A DNA stretch of 64,000 nucleotides, from NCBI RefSeq assembly GCF_018977255.1, contig NW_024704743.1, positions 85,004,001-85,068,000 on the forward strand, written 5' to 3'. Of the stretch, positions 1 to 13,639 are shown piece after piece (position 1 is the first letter of the stretch; every line of letters begins with the position of its first letter). The notes under the pieces were generated by a model. The model saw nothing but the letters and a program-made list of their open reading frames with translations. It made no database searches and was not told the origin of the DNA. The translations under genes and the position numbers were made by a program. Origin of the DNA: Callorhinchus milii (lineage: Eukaryota).

Positions 1-79
1 GACGTTAAAGACAAGTGATCAGTTCTAATAAAGCAAGACATTCTGTTGTGAGTTTAATAAAAGCCCTTTTTTTGTCCAG

Positions 80-250
80 TGTTGGGCTCCAATCACCCCC
101 TTCCTCACTCAACTCCATTGGCTCCCCAACTCCCAGCAGATCAAGTTCAAGATCCTTGTCCACACCTTTAAATCCCTCCACAGTCTCACTCCATGTTACC
201 TTTGCAACCTTAAACCCTACCAACCTGACTGCTTCCTCATGGAGATGCTT
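80..250 (+). mobile_element. Degenerate L2 LINE ORF2 C-terminal fragment
   Basis: Translates to ITPFLTQLHWLPNSQQIKFKILVHTFKSLHSLTP, the L2 LHWLP..RIxFK motif also seen at 58085-58190. Confidence 0.75.
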
Positions 251-967
251 GGGTATGAAGGGATTTATAAGTGAGTGTGAGAACCCTGAAAGTATCAATT
301 GTAATAATAATACAAACACGGTGAAATCTTCCTGATCATATCACAGTTTTCTTAAAAAAGCACTTTTGCTTAAGAGGCTAATAGTACAATCATACCAAGA
401 ACAATCTGGCTTCTAAATCTGCATAATTCGGTTGTATAAAAGATTCACCTTAGGTAACACTCATGATACAAGCCCAAGGCCATTGCCTTGACAGTAGGGG
501 GACTAAGCAGACTGCAGCTGTGTATTTCCACCCACCTGCAGCCTGACCCCAGGTCACTGGCTACCCTTGGGACAGTGACAGACAGAGTATGGGCATGTTC
601 GCTATCATGCCTGCCAATTCTGTCACTCCAATCGATGTGCAGCGAGGTTGGATTTGGTTTGTTTGGTGGTGCACTGGAGCAAGTCTTTACACAGATCCAA
701 TAAAAGTTACATTGGAAAATAAAGTACCTCTAACCATTACTGGCAAATTGTTGGGCTGCTGATGTAATCTTTTTAGAAAATTATTTGTAGTTTTTTTTTT
801 GATGGGGGTAGAGGGGAGAGGATAAGCTTGGCTTGAACATTTTTTTCTAATCAAATGCCACTGAATTCCACCAGTTCCTGTTAATTACAGAGTCAGGAAC
901 TAGGGGTGAAGAACGCAGGTCAGTTGGATTTACGTATGAAATAAATGGTTGCAGAGAGATTAGACTC

Positions 968-1097
<130 letters not shown>

Positions 1098-1994
1098 TCT
1101 ACAAATCACCACCGGAAAATACTAACACAACTTTTAGCTGTGTTAGTGTAATCATCAAGTACTGACATTTCCAGACTCCAGTTTTTTTTTAAGTAAATAA
1201 TTTTATTGACCAGGATTGGGCTGGTTTATTTTCAGACTATGGTCCTGCTATACTGACCATTTTGTTTAAGGCGTTTAGCTCTGTTTGGGAGAAGTGTTGC
1301 ATCTTTTGCAACTGACACCTGATGGGGCATAAAGGCATTGTATCCTTCTAATTGCAACCCAAGTATCCATTCAATCAGCTAACTGCCAAGAAACTGTATG
1401 TCTCTTACATAGAGGTCAATAATGAACAGTTGCCTGTCCTTGTACTTAAACAAGAAATCTCAGTATCAGGTAGAAATCAAACCAACGCAAATAACTTTGA
1501 ACTTTATTTCACCTAATTTTTTAAAAAAATGCTTTTATGTATAATTTAAATTTAGCTTGCTACTCGGCTCTGTAATTCCTCCAAGCGACTATCGTAATGA
1601 TGTTACTGTATTAATCCTAATTATTTAATACAAATGTTCAAAGGCATCAGAAATAGGCTAAAAATAAATCAAAAGAATGTTAAGCTAACGAAAGTCTTTT
1701 TGAACAAAGTCTTTTTGAAAAGGAGTTCCCTTTTTAAAGTGAACTTGTGAAAGAGTGTTTGTGAAAGTGAGGAAACATAATTCAAAGAACACTATTAAAA
1801 CACAACAACAATTTAGATTTATAGAGCACCTTACACTTAGAAAGACCATCTCAAAGAGCTTCAAAAGACTAAGTGCATGATGAATGTAATCCAGAAATCA
1901 AGAAAAATAAAATCACTGTTAATTTAATTGATATTTCAGAAAAATATCTAGTTTAGAAAACCAAATAAAGTGCTTGAAGACAATTAGTAGAATT

Positions 1995-2400
1995 GAAACA
2001 ACACAACGCAGCCATTAAAGGCTCATAAAGGCAATGTGGAACAACGGCTAACACAGTCTGTTTTTCATAGAGATAAATTGTCTGTCAAGCTGCCAGGGTC
2101 TCCGCCATGTAGCAAGTCAAATGAAACCTTTTAAATATTGGTTGTAAACTTAATTTGATCATAAGCTAATGGACGATTACTGTGTAATTACAATAAATTA
2201 AGTGACTCATATATGCCTTCTGATCTTTGTCGTGACACATTATCTTACATACAGCCTTCATGTTCGTGCAGCTGATAAAACAACATTGATTGTACAATCA
2301 ATAGTCAAATTGAATTTAGTCTGCAGTATCTAATTAAGAAATAATTTATGAACATTATGCTGTAATTCTACACGGCTTCATAAGTTCCTTCAAGTGCATC
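1995..2400. promoter_or_regulatory. Candidate conserved non-coding element / enhancer
   Basis: Repeat-free block dense in TAAT/ATTA and TTTAT motifs, with a perfect 18-bp palindrome ATTGATTGTACAATCAAT (2285-2302). Conservation not verified. Confidence 0.35.
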
Positions 2401-3779
2401 TGAAAAAAAAGAAAAATAGACTACTCTCTGCAGTAAGATTATGTCTGCATTTAGTTTGAATCCTAAAAAAAGAAAATCGGCATCAGAGTGAGGAAAGCTG
2501 TTCTATTATATTAGTTGACTGTTCTATCAATACTGTCCAAGGATGCCAAAACTCTTGTTAGTCTGGATCATATTTTATTAAAAAGCCTCCTATAAGTGTT
2601 GGTCAGACATTCAACCATCATTTATGCATCAAGTAAAAAGAGCATACCCTCTGGGTGAAAACATTGCGTGATCAATTGTCTAAAAATAGATGGTGTTTTA
2701 ACTGTTTGAATTGTGCTGTAACACCTGTGGTAAGGAACAATTACATGTCATGTCTTATGAAATAGGTGAGACACATGTTTTGTTTCCATTGCTCTGAATG
2801 CTGATGTTTGTTGTGGTTTGCAGACCGTGCCTCCTAATTCTGCACAATGACAGTTTTACTTCAACTTCATTGTTTAAATCTATAATTAGAATTTCCAGAC
2901 CTCCATTCGTGACTCTCTTTTGGTCCAAACCATGCTATTTTACAGTACATATTGTACACATTAGCACAGCGTTAAGCTTTGCCCACATAACACAACTTTA
3001 CATTGTGTAATGGACATTATAATACTAAAATGTGTTGCTGTAAATTTGATACCCTTTTTCATTATATTTTTTGACATTTAGCTCCCTATTTAGATGAGAC
3101 ATTGACTATATGCAATTAAATAATTTGTGTGTATGTATTTATGTATAACGCTGGTTACACGTATATAAAATATACACACTTGCAAGACCTTCTTAATCAG
3201 GATAAACATACACATACAAAGTATTTGCAGTTACTCCCAAATTTCTTTTGTTAAGATATGCATTTAAAAAAAAGGTTAACATTTGTAAGTAATTAGCGAT
3301 TATTAAGACTGTGTTAAGCGTGAGCTAACAGCACTTAGCATGCTTTGGTGGAGTTTTTCACATCTGTAAAACACTGGTAGTGTCTGGATGTTTTACATGT
3401 GAAAATTGACTGGTAATTAGATGGGTCACACACAGGAAGAGGAGTGGCTCCAAGCTACAACACATTGGATGCAGCAGCCTTAACAATCAGCCTCCCTGAT
3501 TTTGAAAGTAACAAAAATACTTTTCCCGAAGTCCAAAGTCTCAAAATTTCGCACACATCAATCCAGAGACCAACACTTCTTTGGACCATCCTTCCGACGT
3601 GAAAGGCGCTAGACAAATGTAATTTATTGTTGCTGCCCATAAGATGATCCTTTTGTGGAGTGCTTGCTATTATGAATTTGCACTAAATTTGAGAAACATG
3701 GAGGAAACAAAGTGACCATTCTTGTATGTGTGAATCATGAGAGAGGGTGCCAGGAAACTATTCAACCATGGTGACGAAT

Positions 3780-4045
3780 CATAGCCCAGATTTTCACCTC
3801 ACATCTATGCATGCACAGGTTCCAGAAGTGATTACTTGACAACAATCAGGACCAACAATTCATATTGTTATTCTTTTCCTCTTCTATTTCCTGGGAACCC
3901 TGAGGCCACTTCTAGCACTAGCTCTGTTCCTGCCCCCACAGCTGAGATTAGCGAGCTCAATGCACGACATGGATCAAACCTGGAACATTCCTGGTCTGCA
4001 TGGCCCAGTGCTGAATAAGATTTTCTGTTTATCCACTGACCCATC
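3780..4045 (-). mobile_element. Ancient SINE-like repeat, unassigned family
   Basis: Shares AGCTGAGATYAGC / CTGGGCTAGGG-type segments with 6655-6850 (-), 13130-13345 (+), 46395-46600 (+) and 61590-61870 (-). Confidence 0.5.
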
Positions 4046-7000
4046 AACTTATGAAATGTGAATTGCTACTCTGGGCTAAATGTGATGTAACTTGGCAGTA
4101 AAATAAGAGCAGAAGAGTTATGATTCTTTTGGATAGATGTCCGACATGCTATTATAAGAGTAGTCTTCAAGAGGGAAATTTTAGAATCTCATTTAATAAC
4201 ACTACTTTGAACTAATTACATTATATTCTCATTGGCTAAATCTCCCTTTGGAACACCTGTTTGCCTCATTCTTTCATCTTTATACAACTACAGGCTTCAA
4301 TCTTGGCATCCCCCTAGCGCTATTAACTCATCTTCTTACTCTGCTTCGCTTTTCAACTCTAGCAACTCCTTGCCCAAAGGGTCCTTGCCCTTCCCTTCGA
4401 TTTTCAATTTGAAAACAAACGGACTGTGGCTCAAAACATTCCCTTAATGTTTTTTTTAATACTGCTCTCTTCAGTTACTGGCCTAATTCAATAATACAAG
4501 ACTAAATAAAATCTGTACACAATTTTGTAATGGATACAGTTTCTTCCTCCCATGAATTCCTTGACATTCTCTCCTGTGCAGTATCTAAAAATAAGGGTAA
4601 CTTTCATTAGCCATGTAGCTTACCATATTAACAATGCACTCTTGTGCAACAGATTTATTATTTTGATATAAATTTTGCAGATGGTAACCCATTCTTAATC
4701 TTATGCCATCATTTTATATCACACCTCATTATTCATGGTCAACAAGATCCTGGAGACTATTACTCTACTACTTAGAAATTTCTCAAGCTGCCTTATTGCA
4801 AGTATTGCACAGCATTTTTCTAAACTAGCTACATTTCACAGATACATGTTGTTATCTTTGATGTTCCCTTGGTCAGTAAAAAAGAAAACTTAAATCATAT
4901 GCTTAAGAAAGATTAGAATTATTACTGATTTATCTACACCAAATGTGCATAATGTTGGAAAAGTAACCGTTTTATTATTTTTCAGGGGTTATTTTGTGCT
5001 CATCAAAATGAACTGTGCTAGGACGAGAGATTATCGAATTGAATCAGTGCTGTCAATAAGCATCACCAGGTCAAGTGTAGTGAACAGCAGTTCTAGGGTG
5101 AAGTTCCCTCTGCTCAACCGTGAAGGCTATAGATGTATCACAGATGGCCATAGATGTAAAATCAATTGGGATATGTAAAAGGGAGGTAGACATAAACTTA
5201 AAAAGAAAAATCTATTATTTGGGCAAGATAAACTAGCATTCCAAATCATTGCATAGGGTAGTATAGTTGATTGCTACATTAAACCAAATAGATTGTGTTA
5301 AAAAGCAGATAGAATGACTTGGGAAACGAAAAGCAATTTTCATTGTACTGTTGACTCAATTTGTACTATATTTCTTGGTTCCAGAGTAAGTATATATTTC
5401 TTAGTGGTTTATTTCTCCCACAAACCACTATTAGGACTACTTACCAACTTCAATAATTAATAATAATACATTATATTTAACATTTTATATTCTTACATTT
5501 AATATAGCACTTTCATGTCAGAAGGACATCTCAAAGCACTATTTTGTAAAATGGAGTGATTTTACGGGCAAATACAGCAGACAATTTTACGACAATTCCT
5601 TCAACAAAGCAGCACATCCCAGAATTGAATTGGAATGCCAGCATAGACTACATGAGTAATACAAATCTTTGTTATAACTTGGATATATGACTTGCAAAAT
5701 GTGGTATAAACTTCAACTACTACCCGTCACTGGGAATGTGGGGTTTACAGCCAGATATCACTGCAAGGCTTATTTTTCAGTCACTGCCACATGCATTTTG
5801 TTATCCACCTGTGTGAAGTTTTTGTTTTAAGTTTCACAGTTTGTTAAATCAGAACCTGAAAAGATTTATGTTACCGTCAAATCCATTTTGGCAATAAAAA
5901 TGATCACTTGTATATTTGTATAAAGCATCTGCTCAGAGACCAGAAGCTAAGTATGTAATATAAAAGGAATTTAGGAAAAATTGAACCCATAACCCTTTGT
6001 CTCCTTAAGTCATATAATACAACTTACACTATCTCAGGAATCTGTTAGCTTTGAGCTGGGAGAGATGATAGGATCAAATTAGGGCTGTTAAATCAAAAAC
6101 TATGGGAATGGCTGCCTTGGTGGTGAAACAAAGATTTTCACAAATGGAACAAATGCCCCCTAGTGTTACACAATGAAATTGGAGAGATTTTTTAAAAAAT
6201 ACTTCAAAGTATGCACTTCAAGTTTGATGCAACCTCACTCAATAAGTCCCCTTTCAAATGCAAGGACTATGTATTTATTAATTTCCATTTAATTTCATAA
6301 AAGATTCTATAGTGGAGCCTTGTTTACCAAGAGTCAAGCATGTTATCATTGTTTTGGGAGTGATTTGGCTGCTGCTGCTGACAGATTGTTGAAAACAGCC
6401 AATTCCAATTTGGTTGCAACAAGCAGCTTGCCTAAATGTGCTGCATTCTTCATATTCATTTAACAGCTCTCTAATATAAAGAGGGTGCTAAACTCTCTGT
6501 CTCTTCAGCTTTTCTCTAATTTTGAAGTAGACTTTTCAGAATAAAAGGATATGATGGTGAATATTTCCTGAAGCTGAACTGGAATACACTTTTGCAGGCA
6601 CCACATCTTTCAGTACTCCACCTACGTGGGCTAGAGTGAGTGATTGTTGACAGTCCATTCAACCATGGGGGGCATCTCAGCCAAGCCTATTCCTGTCCTC
6701 ACCCAGATCTATGTGCATAAACTTTGCAACAAAAGTCATCAGATAGCAACCCTGCGTAGGAACGTTGGCTGAATTTTCTCCCACCCTAGCCCAGAAGCAC
6801 TGAAGTAATTTTAGCACATCTATTGTACTCTCCTGCATGAGTTCTGAATGTATATGTTTTGGTTAACTCAAAATACTATCAATAGTTACTTTATGACTGG
6901 ATGGATTAGCTTCCATTGATCTATGAAGTGGATTACGTTGCTGCGCTTGATTTATCGGTGCTTCTTGTGCTAAATGGGCATAAACACTGAGGGAAATCGT

Positions 7001-7187
7001 ATTAAAATATTCAAGATCCTATAGTTATATATAAACTGGACCTTAACAATGTATTTAACATGGTCAAAACTCTACATCAAGGCAATAGGGGTTCAGAGAG
7101 GAGGTAAGTTGAACAGATGGTTCAAATTCAATTCACAAGGCTTGATACCATGAGGGGTAGATATAAGGAAACCTTGTTGAATGTTTC

Positions 7188-7423
7188 CAGTATCCCAGAC
7201 TCTAAGAGAAGTGCAAAAAAGACAACTTCCAGGTTGTCAGGTCACGCAGATGTCACTTCCTGTGCTTTGTGCGCCGGAAGTGCCGCAAGCGGTGACCTAA
7301 CAACCCGGAAATTGATCATTTTTAATGCAGGACGTCTTTTAATTTCATAAAAACTTCTGAAGCGGAGCCATATTTACCAAGAGACAAGGTTGGTATCATT
7401 GTTACCAACGCCTGGGTGTACTG
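7188..7423. mobile_element. Putative non-autonomous DNA transposon with internal hairpin
   Basis: Imperfect terminal IR CAGTATCCCAGAC / GCCTGGGTGTACTG; internal about 90-nt hairpin 7223-7314; 7340-7405 resembles 6288-6355. No TSD seen. Confidence 0.45.
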
Positions 7424-7652
7424 TGCTTCTGGTTATCTTGTCACCGAAGGGTATAAACAAGGCAGTGCTTTATTAAAGATACTACAGGGGAGCCCCTATA
7501 TGTGGAATAGATCACTCAGGCAAGTGATGGAGACAGATTGTGTCAACAAATTCAATAGGAAATTAGATAGCTATTTGATGGTAAAGAAATCAATGATGGG
7601 TATGCAGTGTGGCATTATTTTATTTATTTACATACTTTGGGATCATCTAGAT

Positions 7653-7830
7653 CAATGGTGGCCAAACCTTTTGGTCGGCCAACAAAATAAATGTTCTTGA
7701 TTGAATATTTCTTGATATATGCCACAAATCAAGAAATATTCAATCAAGCAAAAACTGAAAAGGAAACATTGATTTAAAACACACTCACCTAGAATAGTGT
7801 GATGGCCCCATCATGGGTTGGCCACCACTG
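7653..7830. mobile_element. hAT (Charlie-type) MITE, 178 bp
   Basis: TIRs CAATGGTGGCCAA / TTGGCCACCACTG, 8-bp TSD ATCTAGAT (7645-7652 and 7831-7838), internal perfect 21-bp inverted repeat. Confidence 0.92.
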
Positions 7831-8339
7831 ATCTAGATGGACCAATGACATATTTTCCAGTCGTGTACACTTCTATTCCTTTATTAATAATTGGGTAAAT
7901 TATCACAATTCTGGGAAGGAAAGAGCAAGGGGTTCCCCCAGTGACATACAAACCCACCTCGGAAGACTTAAATTGGATCATACAACAAATCGGGTTCATG
8001 AATATCACAGATAAGACTTCAGTTGGCTTCTATGGATTTCAAAACCATGGATAACAAGGAAATGAGAATCAGCATCCTTAGACAAAATGACTAATTTGCA
8101 GGCTACCTAGTTAGGCACAAATATAAGGATATTTACCACCCAGGCTAGCTTACCAGAAGATTTGAATAAGCAATAAGGAAAGAGATTTCTGAAAAATCCT
8201 TCACCATAGTTTGTTTAGACTCAGTAAGCGGGGAATTGGAGTGAAATATCTTAGTACTAATTCTCTGTGGTGTAATAAATCTGAAAAATTGTGTACTTCT
8301 ATTATGGGCTACGGTTTTAAGCCCCTTCTCCAGTGCAAT

Positions 8340-8580
8340 ATTGTTCAAGTGGACATTCAAAATCCTCCAATACTATTCAAACAAGAAAGAAAATTATCCT
8401 GGTGTCCTGGCCAACAAGTCTCAGATACATCATTCACCTCATGGCTGTCTGTGGTACCTTGTGTGTAAAATGGCTAAGTTTGCTAACAAAACACAGTCAC
8501 TATTCTTAACAGCAATTATCTGTGAATTTTTCAAGACAATGAAACACATAATCTCAATGCAGAGATTATTATTATAAGCA
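8340..8580 (+). mobile_element. Old DeuSINE fragment (3' half)
   Basis: GTTCAAGTGGAC...GGTGTCCTGGCCAAC...GGCTGTCTGTGGTACCTTGTGTGTAAAATGGCT and TTA tail, like 34660-35157. Confidence 0.7.
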
Positions 8581-8779
8581 AGTGCAGAATCACTTTTCAG
8601 TTTCTCCAAAATATACATAGACTCCTCACTTTCAAAAGTAATAATGTTAATCAAATTGTATTATTTTAACGGTGAATGTATCATATTTGTGACCAGTGCA
8701 TTCTTGATGCTGATACATTTAGCAAGTTGAAAGTCAACAATCAAGTCTGTTTAGTTCATTTTAAAAAATAAGACAACGT

Positions 8780-8940
8780 GTTCCTGGCAGATCGTTTGGC
8801 ACCACAAAGGTTCATCATAACGCATAAATTAAACGGTCATTGATGTGTAACAGTGCTGCTTGCAATATGCTCCCTACCACCAATTAATTGCAATGATAAT
8901 ATCCGCTAAATGTCACCTTAAATTGACATGGAAGCACAGA
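8780..8940. promoter_or_regulatory. Candidate conserved non-coding element
   Basis: Unique, CpG-retaining block with CATAAATTAA, palindromic CAATTAATTG and TGTCA/TGACA motifs. Confidence 0.3.
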
Positions 8941-10869
8941 ATATTTTTATCATCATTATCGTGTATCATCACTAACCTCACCTGACATAAACATTACAGC
9001 AGTTCTTGTTCTCAGCTATACTCACTAATACTGTACCTTGGGTTATTATAGGCTACTTTTTTATAGTCTCTAGTCTATAAATTTACAATGCTATTTACAT
9101 TTATTTAGTGTATTTAACACTGGGAGTATGATTCAAAGCATTTTACATGGTTGGCTGGACATGTGAGCCAGCAATAGCAATGGGAAATCCCATGGCTTGA
9201 TTGATCTGAAACTGTCCATTCACGCTTGATTGAAAGATATCCTGGTTTGTTGTGAGTATCCCGATTTGGTTGTAGGTACCTTGATTTGATTGTGGATACA
9301 ATCAAATCAGGCTACAATGGCGCACTATGATTCATACTTACAGCCTGATTTGAAACACCCTGCTTTTGAACACTAAACATTTAGGCATTGTTTTTTTCTC
9401 CATGCAATAATTTTCCTTTAGCATTTTGAAGATAGATCAGAAGCAATGTCCACTCTAGTGGGGAATTGAGAATGGGCCATTAACAATAACATACTTGATC
9501 TTGGATCTCAATTTTCATCATTTTTTTCCTGGCCTCAATTTCCCAATGTACTGCATAGACTTTTACATTGCTGCTGTTTTCATCTCTCCATATTCTATGA
9601 CTGATTACCTGGCTTCATTTTAAATTGCCTTCCTTGCTGTTGGCCAATGTTCAGAGATTTTTCTGTAAGAAATTATTCAAAACACACTTGGTTTAGACAT
9701 TTTCAACATATTCCTATGTCCAAACATGCCATTGAGAGTTTCTCAAATAATTCATAGCATTTTTGCAGCCAAAAGGACATCTTCCAGTGATTAAGTTACT
9801 GACTGAATTTACTTTCATATCTCCTCTGTTTTGATGCCATCTTAACAGACTTAGTCTTAAGGCTAAGACTATGAGACATTTCTGGCCTCAGAAGTTGAGA
9901 GCTTTACTTGAACATTATCTAATTAGAGCATCTTTTAAAGGAGCTATTAGATTGAACCAGATGATTTTTGAAGTCTCCAGTTAGTACAAACATTGGTATA
10001 AATGCAGTGCAATCACTTGTCTGCGGTCATGGATTTAGACTTTTAGAATCAATCCAGTCAATTCTTAATGTGCTAAGGAATCATTGATTTTATTTTTATT
10101 TTAAGTAAAATATTAATGCAGCTTTAAGAGCATGGAAAATATTTGCATCTTGCAGATTTCTACAAATTAGTACAAAAGGTTAAGTCAGCTCACCGTTCAA
10201 TAGTATTTACTGACACTGAACTGATCTCCTGAAAATACACTGTAGTATTAATGTCAACCTCAATGCTATTATGAAAATCCATATTGCCTTTTAGAAATTC
10301 AATGTCTATAGTAAAAAGTATTCAGCATTTGGTCAGATCAGTGTGAAACAAATTTTGGAGACAAAAGGCAGATGCTCCTTTTGCTGAGCTGGATAGATCA
10401 AGACAACTGTATTGGCACAACGTATGGAAACAACTGGTCTTACTCATTCCAATGGAGAGAGAGAGGAACTTGCTTAGAAAATTTGATGGTAGGAAATCAT
10501 GGTATAAAACACAACCATTGAAAGTAGATATTAGAACCACTACTCTTCTCCACAATGGGCGGCAGAAGATCTGGATAAATACACAGAAGGAAAGCTGCAC
10601 AAAACTTTCCAGAATCTCAGACAGAAATGTTGTTATTCCTCTCAACTATTCATCCTTTAAAATCATTCACTAACAGTTAATTATCCTACTGTTTTATGAT
10701 TAAGTTAGCTTCTTCTGTTGGAAGTCTGAGATCAATACCCGAATAATGAATCTGTGCAGCAAAAAAAATTATATGAGAGGTTAAACTGACCTGTTTAGGA
10801 GGATGTTAAAAAATCCTATGGCACGGTTGGCCTCTGTTCTCCTCCAAATAGTGCCTACAAAAAAGAATA

Positions 10870-11410
10870 ATCTCTAAACTCACTTGAGGCTTTTTATTTT
10901 TAAGCTTATGCCTTCTAGTTCTGCGCTCAAGAAGCAACCTTGATAAGGAGCAATCATGTGCTATTAACTAGGTACTGAATGATCAAGAATCTTACTCAAA
11001 TAAAATTTTCTTCCTACTATTACTAATGCACATTCTTTATCATGTTCATGTCTACTCTTCATTTTTCAATATGCAACTTTCACTAAAATCCATCTGGTTT
11101 CCTTGGCCCATCTACTAGATGGTCCAGCTTGTCTTGAATATTGTTTATCTTCCTTATATTCATTTGCCTGTATAGCTTAGTATAAATAGCAAATGATGTA
11201 ATATTATAAGGAGTGCTCTCCTCCACATTATTTATGAACATTCTGAACAGCAGGGGACCCAGAACAAACCGTTGCAGAACACTCCGCTAGTTACTGTTCC
11301 CAGATGGAACTTTTTTCCATTTTGTCATCACCTTCTGCTTCCTGTTGCTAAACCAGTTTGCAATCCAACTAGCTAATTTGCCATTAATTCCATGAGATTG
11401 TAACCTTTTA
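10870..11410 (-). mobile_element. Degenerate CR1 LINE RT fragment
   Basis: Minus strand 11230-11300 reads SGVLQRFVLGPLLFRMFIN (cf. GVPQGSVLGPLLFxIFIN). Confidence 0.7.
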
Positions 11411-11429
11411 AAGTTTTGCATGTAAATCC

Positions 11430-11940
11430 CATTGCCTGTCAGACATCAAAGTCCTGGATGAGTCTCAGCTTCCTTCAGCTGAATGTCAACAAAGCCATCC
11501 TGCTTGGCTCCTGCCAGCGCCTCCTTGCCTTTTCAACCTCCCCAGCTGCTCACTCCAGCTCAGTGAGCCAATGCACAACCTTGGCGTTCTGTTCGACCCT
11601 CGGCTCACTTTCAGTTCCAGCCAAGATAGATTTTCTCCTCCAGAATACCATTTGCCTGCATACCTATCTCATTCTCTGCTGTTGAAATCTTTGTTCATCC
11701 CAAGCCACTTCTACACTTAATTTCTCAAACAATCTCTTCCCGGGCCTCCCTACCTTCAACCTTCACAAAACTCCTCAGTCCATATCCTCTCTCACACTAG
11801 GCTCTGTATCCCATCACTTCCATTCTCTCCTGATCCAACTGGCACTCTCACCCCCATTGGATTGACTTCTAGATTCTGATTCTGACCTGTAAATCCTCCA
11901 CTTCTTTGCCCAAACCAAGCTTTGCAATCTCTTCCAGCAT
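11430..11940 (+). mobile_element. Degenerate L2 LINE fragment
   Basis: KSWMSLSFLQLNVNK and later ITSILS..QL / IDF.IL motifs; pyrimidine-rich L2 composition. Confidence 0.75.
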
Positions 11941-13639
11941 CACTTTAATAGAGACAGTTTTACATGAAAAAAACCTTCGCTTTTATTGGAAATAGTTGGG
12001 AGTCAGAAGAGTTTTCTATGTACAAACAAGTGTGTACGTAACCTAATGGTTGGCTGTGAACTACAAAGTAGTAACTTGATCAAGTGATACTGATTTCAAA
12101 ACCTTTGCAGGCAACACCTGATAGAAATAGTGAGACAGAAATAAAAATCTAACAAAGGTGATTGTATTATAGATATGAGTTTTTAAACAATATAGAAATA
12201 TATGTAATGGATGGATGTATATGCAGTGATATGTAATGAGCAATGTATTTTATGTATTCTGCTTAAGAAAAATGGTATCATATTAATAATGGTGCTTCAA
12301 TCACTTTTTGAACAGTCTGAACAATCCTACTTGGTAAATGGGGCAGGTTTCTTGTAGGAATCTTATACATGCTTGAAGGGAAACACAGTGCCATTTGAGG
12401 AAATTGAATTTCTCTTCCTCCCCCCTCTACCATTAAAAATAAATCGATATATGTAATATAGTGCCTGGGGATATATTAGGGTGCAGCTTGAATGGCTGAA
12501 CCTCAAGTAATTTAGATTTCTGAATGGGCTTGTCAATAAATGTCCAACCCTTGCAACTCACATGTATAATTTTCTGCTTGTCAGTAAACATATAGACCAT
12601 CACACTATGTGCTTATAATGGGAATATCACAAGCAGAGAATTATACATGCTCACCATCAAGTTTGATCAGTTCACAAAGAAGCAGAGAATAAAGCTCATA
12701 GAGTTTGCTCAATGTTAAACTTTTCCCAACAGTGTTAAATGTGGTAAATGATCTGTAGGTAAATCATTTTGCTTTGTTTCAGCGGAAAATAGAATGAGCA
12801 AATGGAATTAATTAGGAACAAGCTTTTGTGTGAATTGTGTGGGTGTCAGTTCAATGCACTCCTTCCCACTCTTCAGTAAATGCCATTATATACTCAGATT
12901 CACATAATAAGTGAAATTTATGTTTTCTTACAGACTGCATTTAAGTTTTTGAAAGCTCTTTGTCTCAAACTATATTCATAATTGCTTGTTGCACCAATTA
13001 ATGGTCTGTACTTTTTCTGTATGTCAGGGTCATTGCATAGTGCCCACAGAGGCACAAATAGACCAAAATACCACAATTGAGCCACCCAAGTGGGACACTG
13101 GATAAATGGTCACAAGAAGAGTCAAGGAGACCAGAACTTTCCAGTACCTACTGAGCTAGGGAGGGAAAATTAACTAGAGTTCTCACTCATGATATACAAT
13201 AACACCTAAAACAGGAGCGATGGACATCAGGTAAGGACAGCTTGGCTGAGATGCCCTTTCCTCGCTGCCCTACCACCACTATGCTACTGGTCACTATTTT
13301 AAGTTTGCACATGAAGAATGGGCACCTTGACACAGTACCAGAAGAAATGCCAAGAAAAATGTAAAGGTTATGGTGGTCTGGATGGGGGCGTACATAAAAA
13401 ACAAAAAGTGAAGAGAAGAAATATAGTAAACCATTCTAATGAATACCTGTAGAACTCTGATGTTTTTTCACTGATGTTTCTCCAGTATTACTGATGTCAC
13501 TCCAGTTGAATGATTTGCACGTTAGTTCCATTACATTTTATTTTTCAAGTAATCATTCACACAAGATTTGTGTTATCCACCCATTTGAAACCTAGTTTAA
13601 ACAAGGTTTAGAGGAGATGCTCCATGGAACACAGTGATT

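Larger units (their letters stand above)
6980..7880 (+). mobile_element. Old CR1 LINE 3' end hosting two MITE-like insertions
   Basis: MWNRSLRQVMETDCVNKFNRKLDSYL (CR1 ORF2 C-terminus) at about 7499-7580; 3'UTR-like CTAGATGGACC also present in the CR1 at 48294. Confidence 0.6.

Noticed and set aside
1691..1720. 15-bp tandem duplication AAAGTCTTTTTGAA(C/A)
   Set aside because: Ordinary slippage duplication with no further structure.
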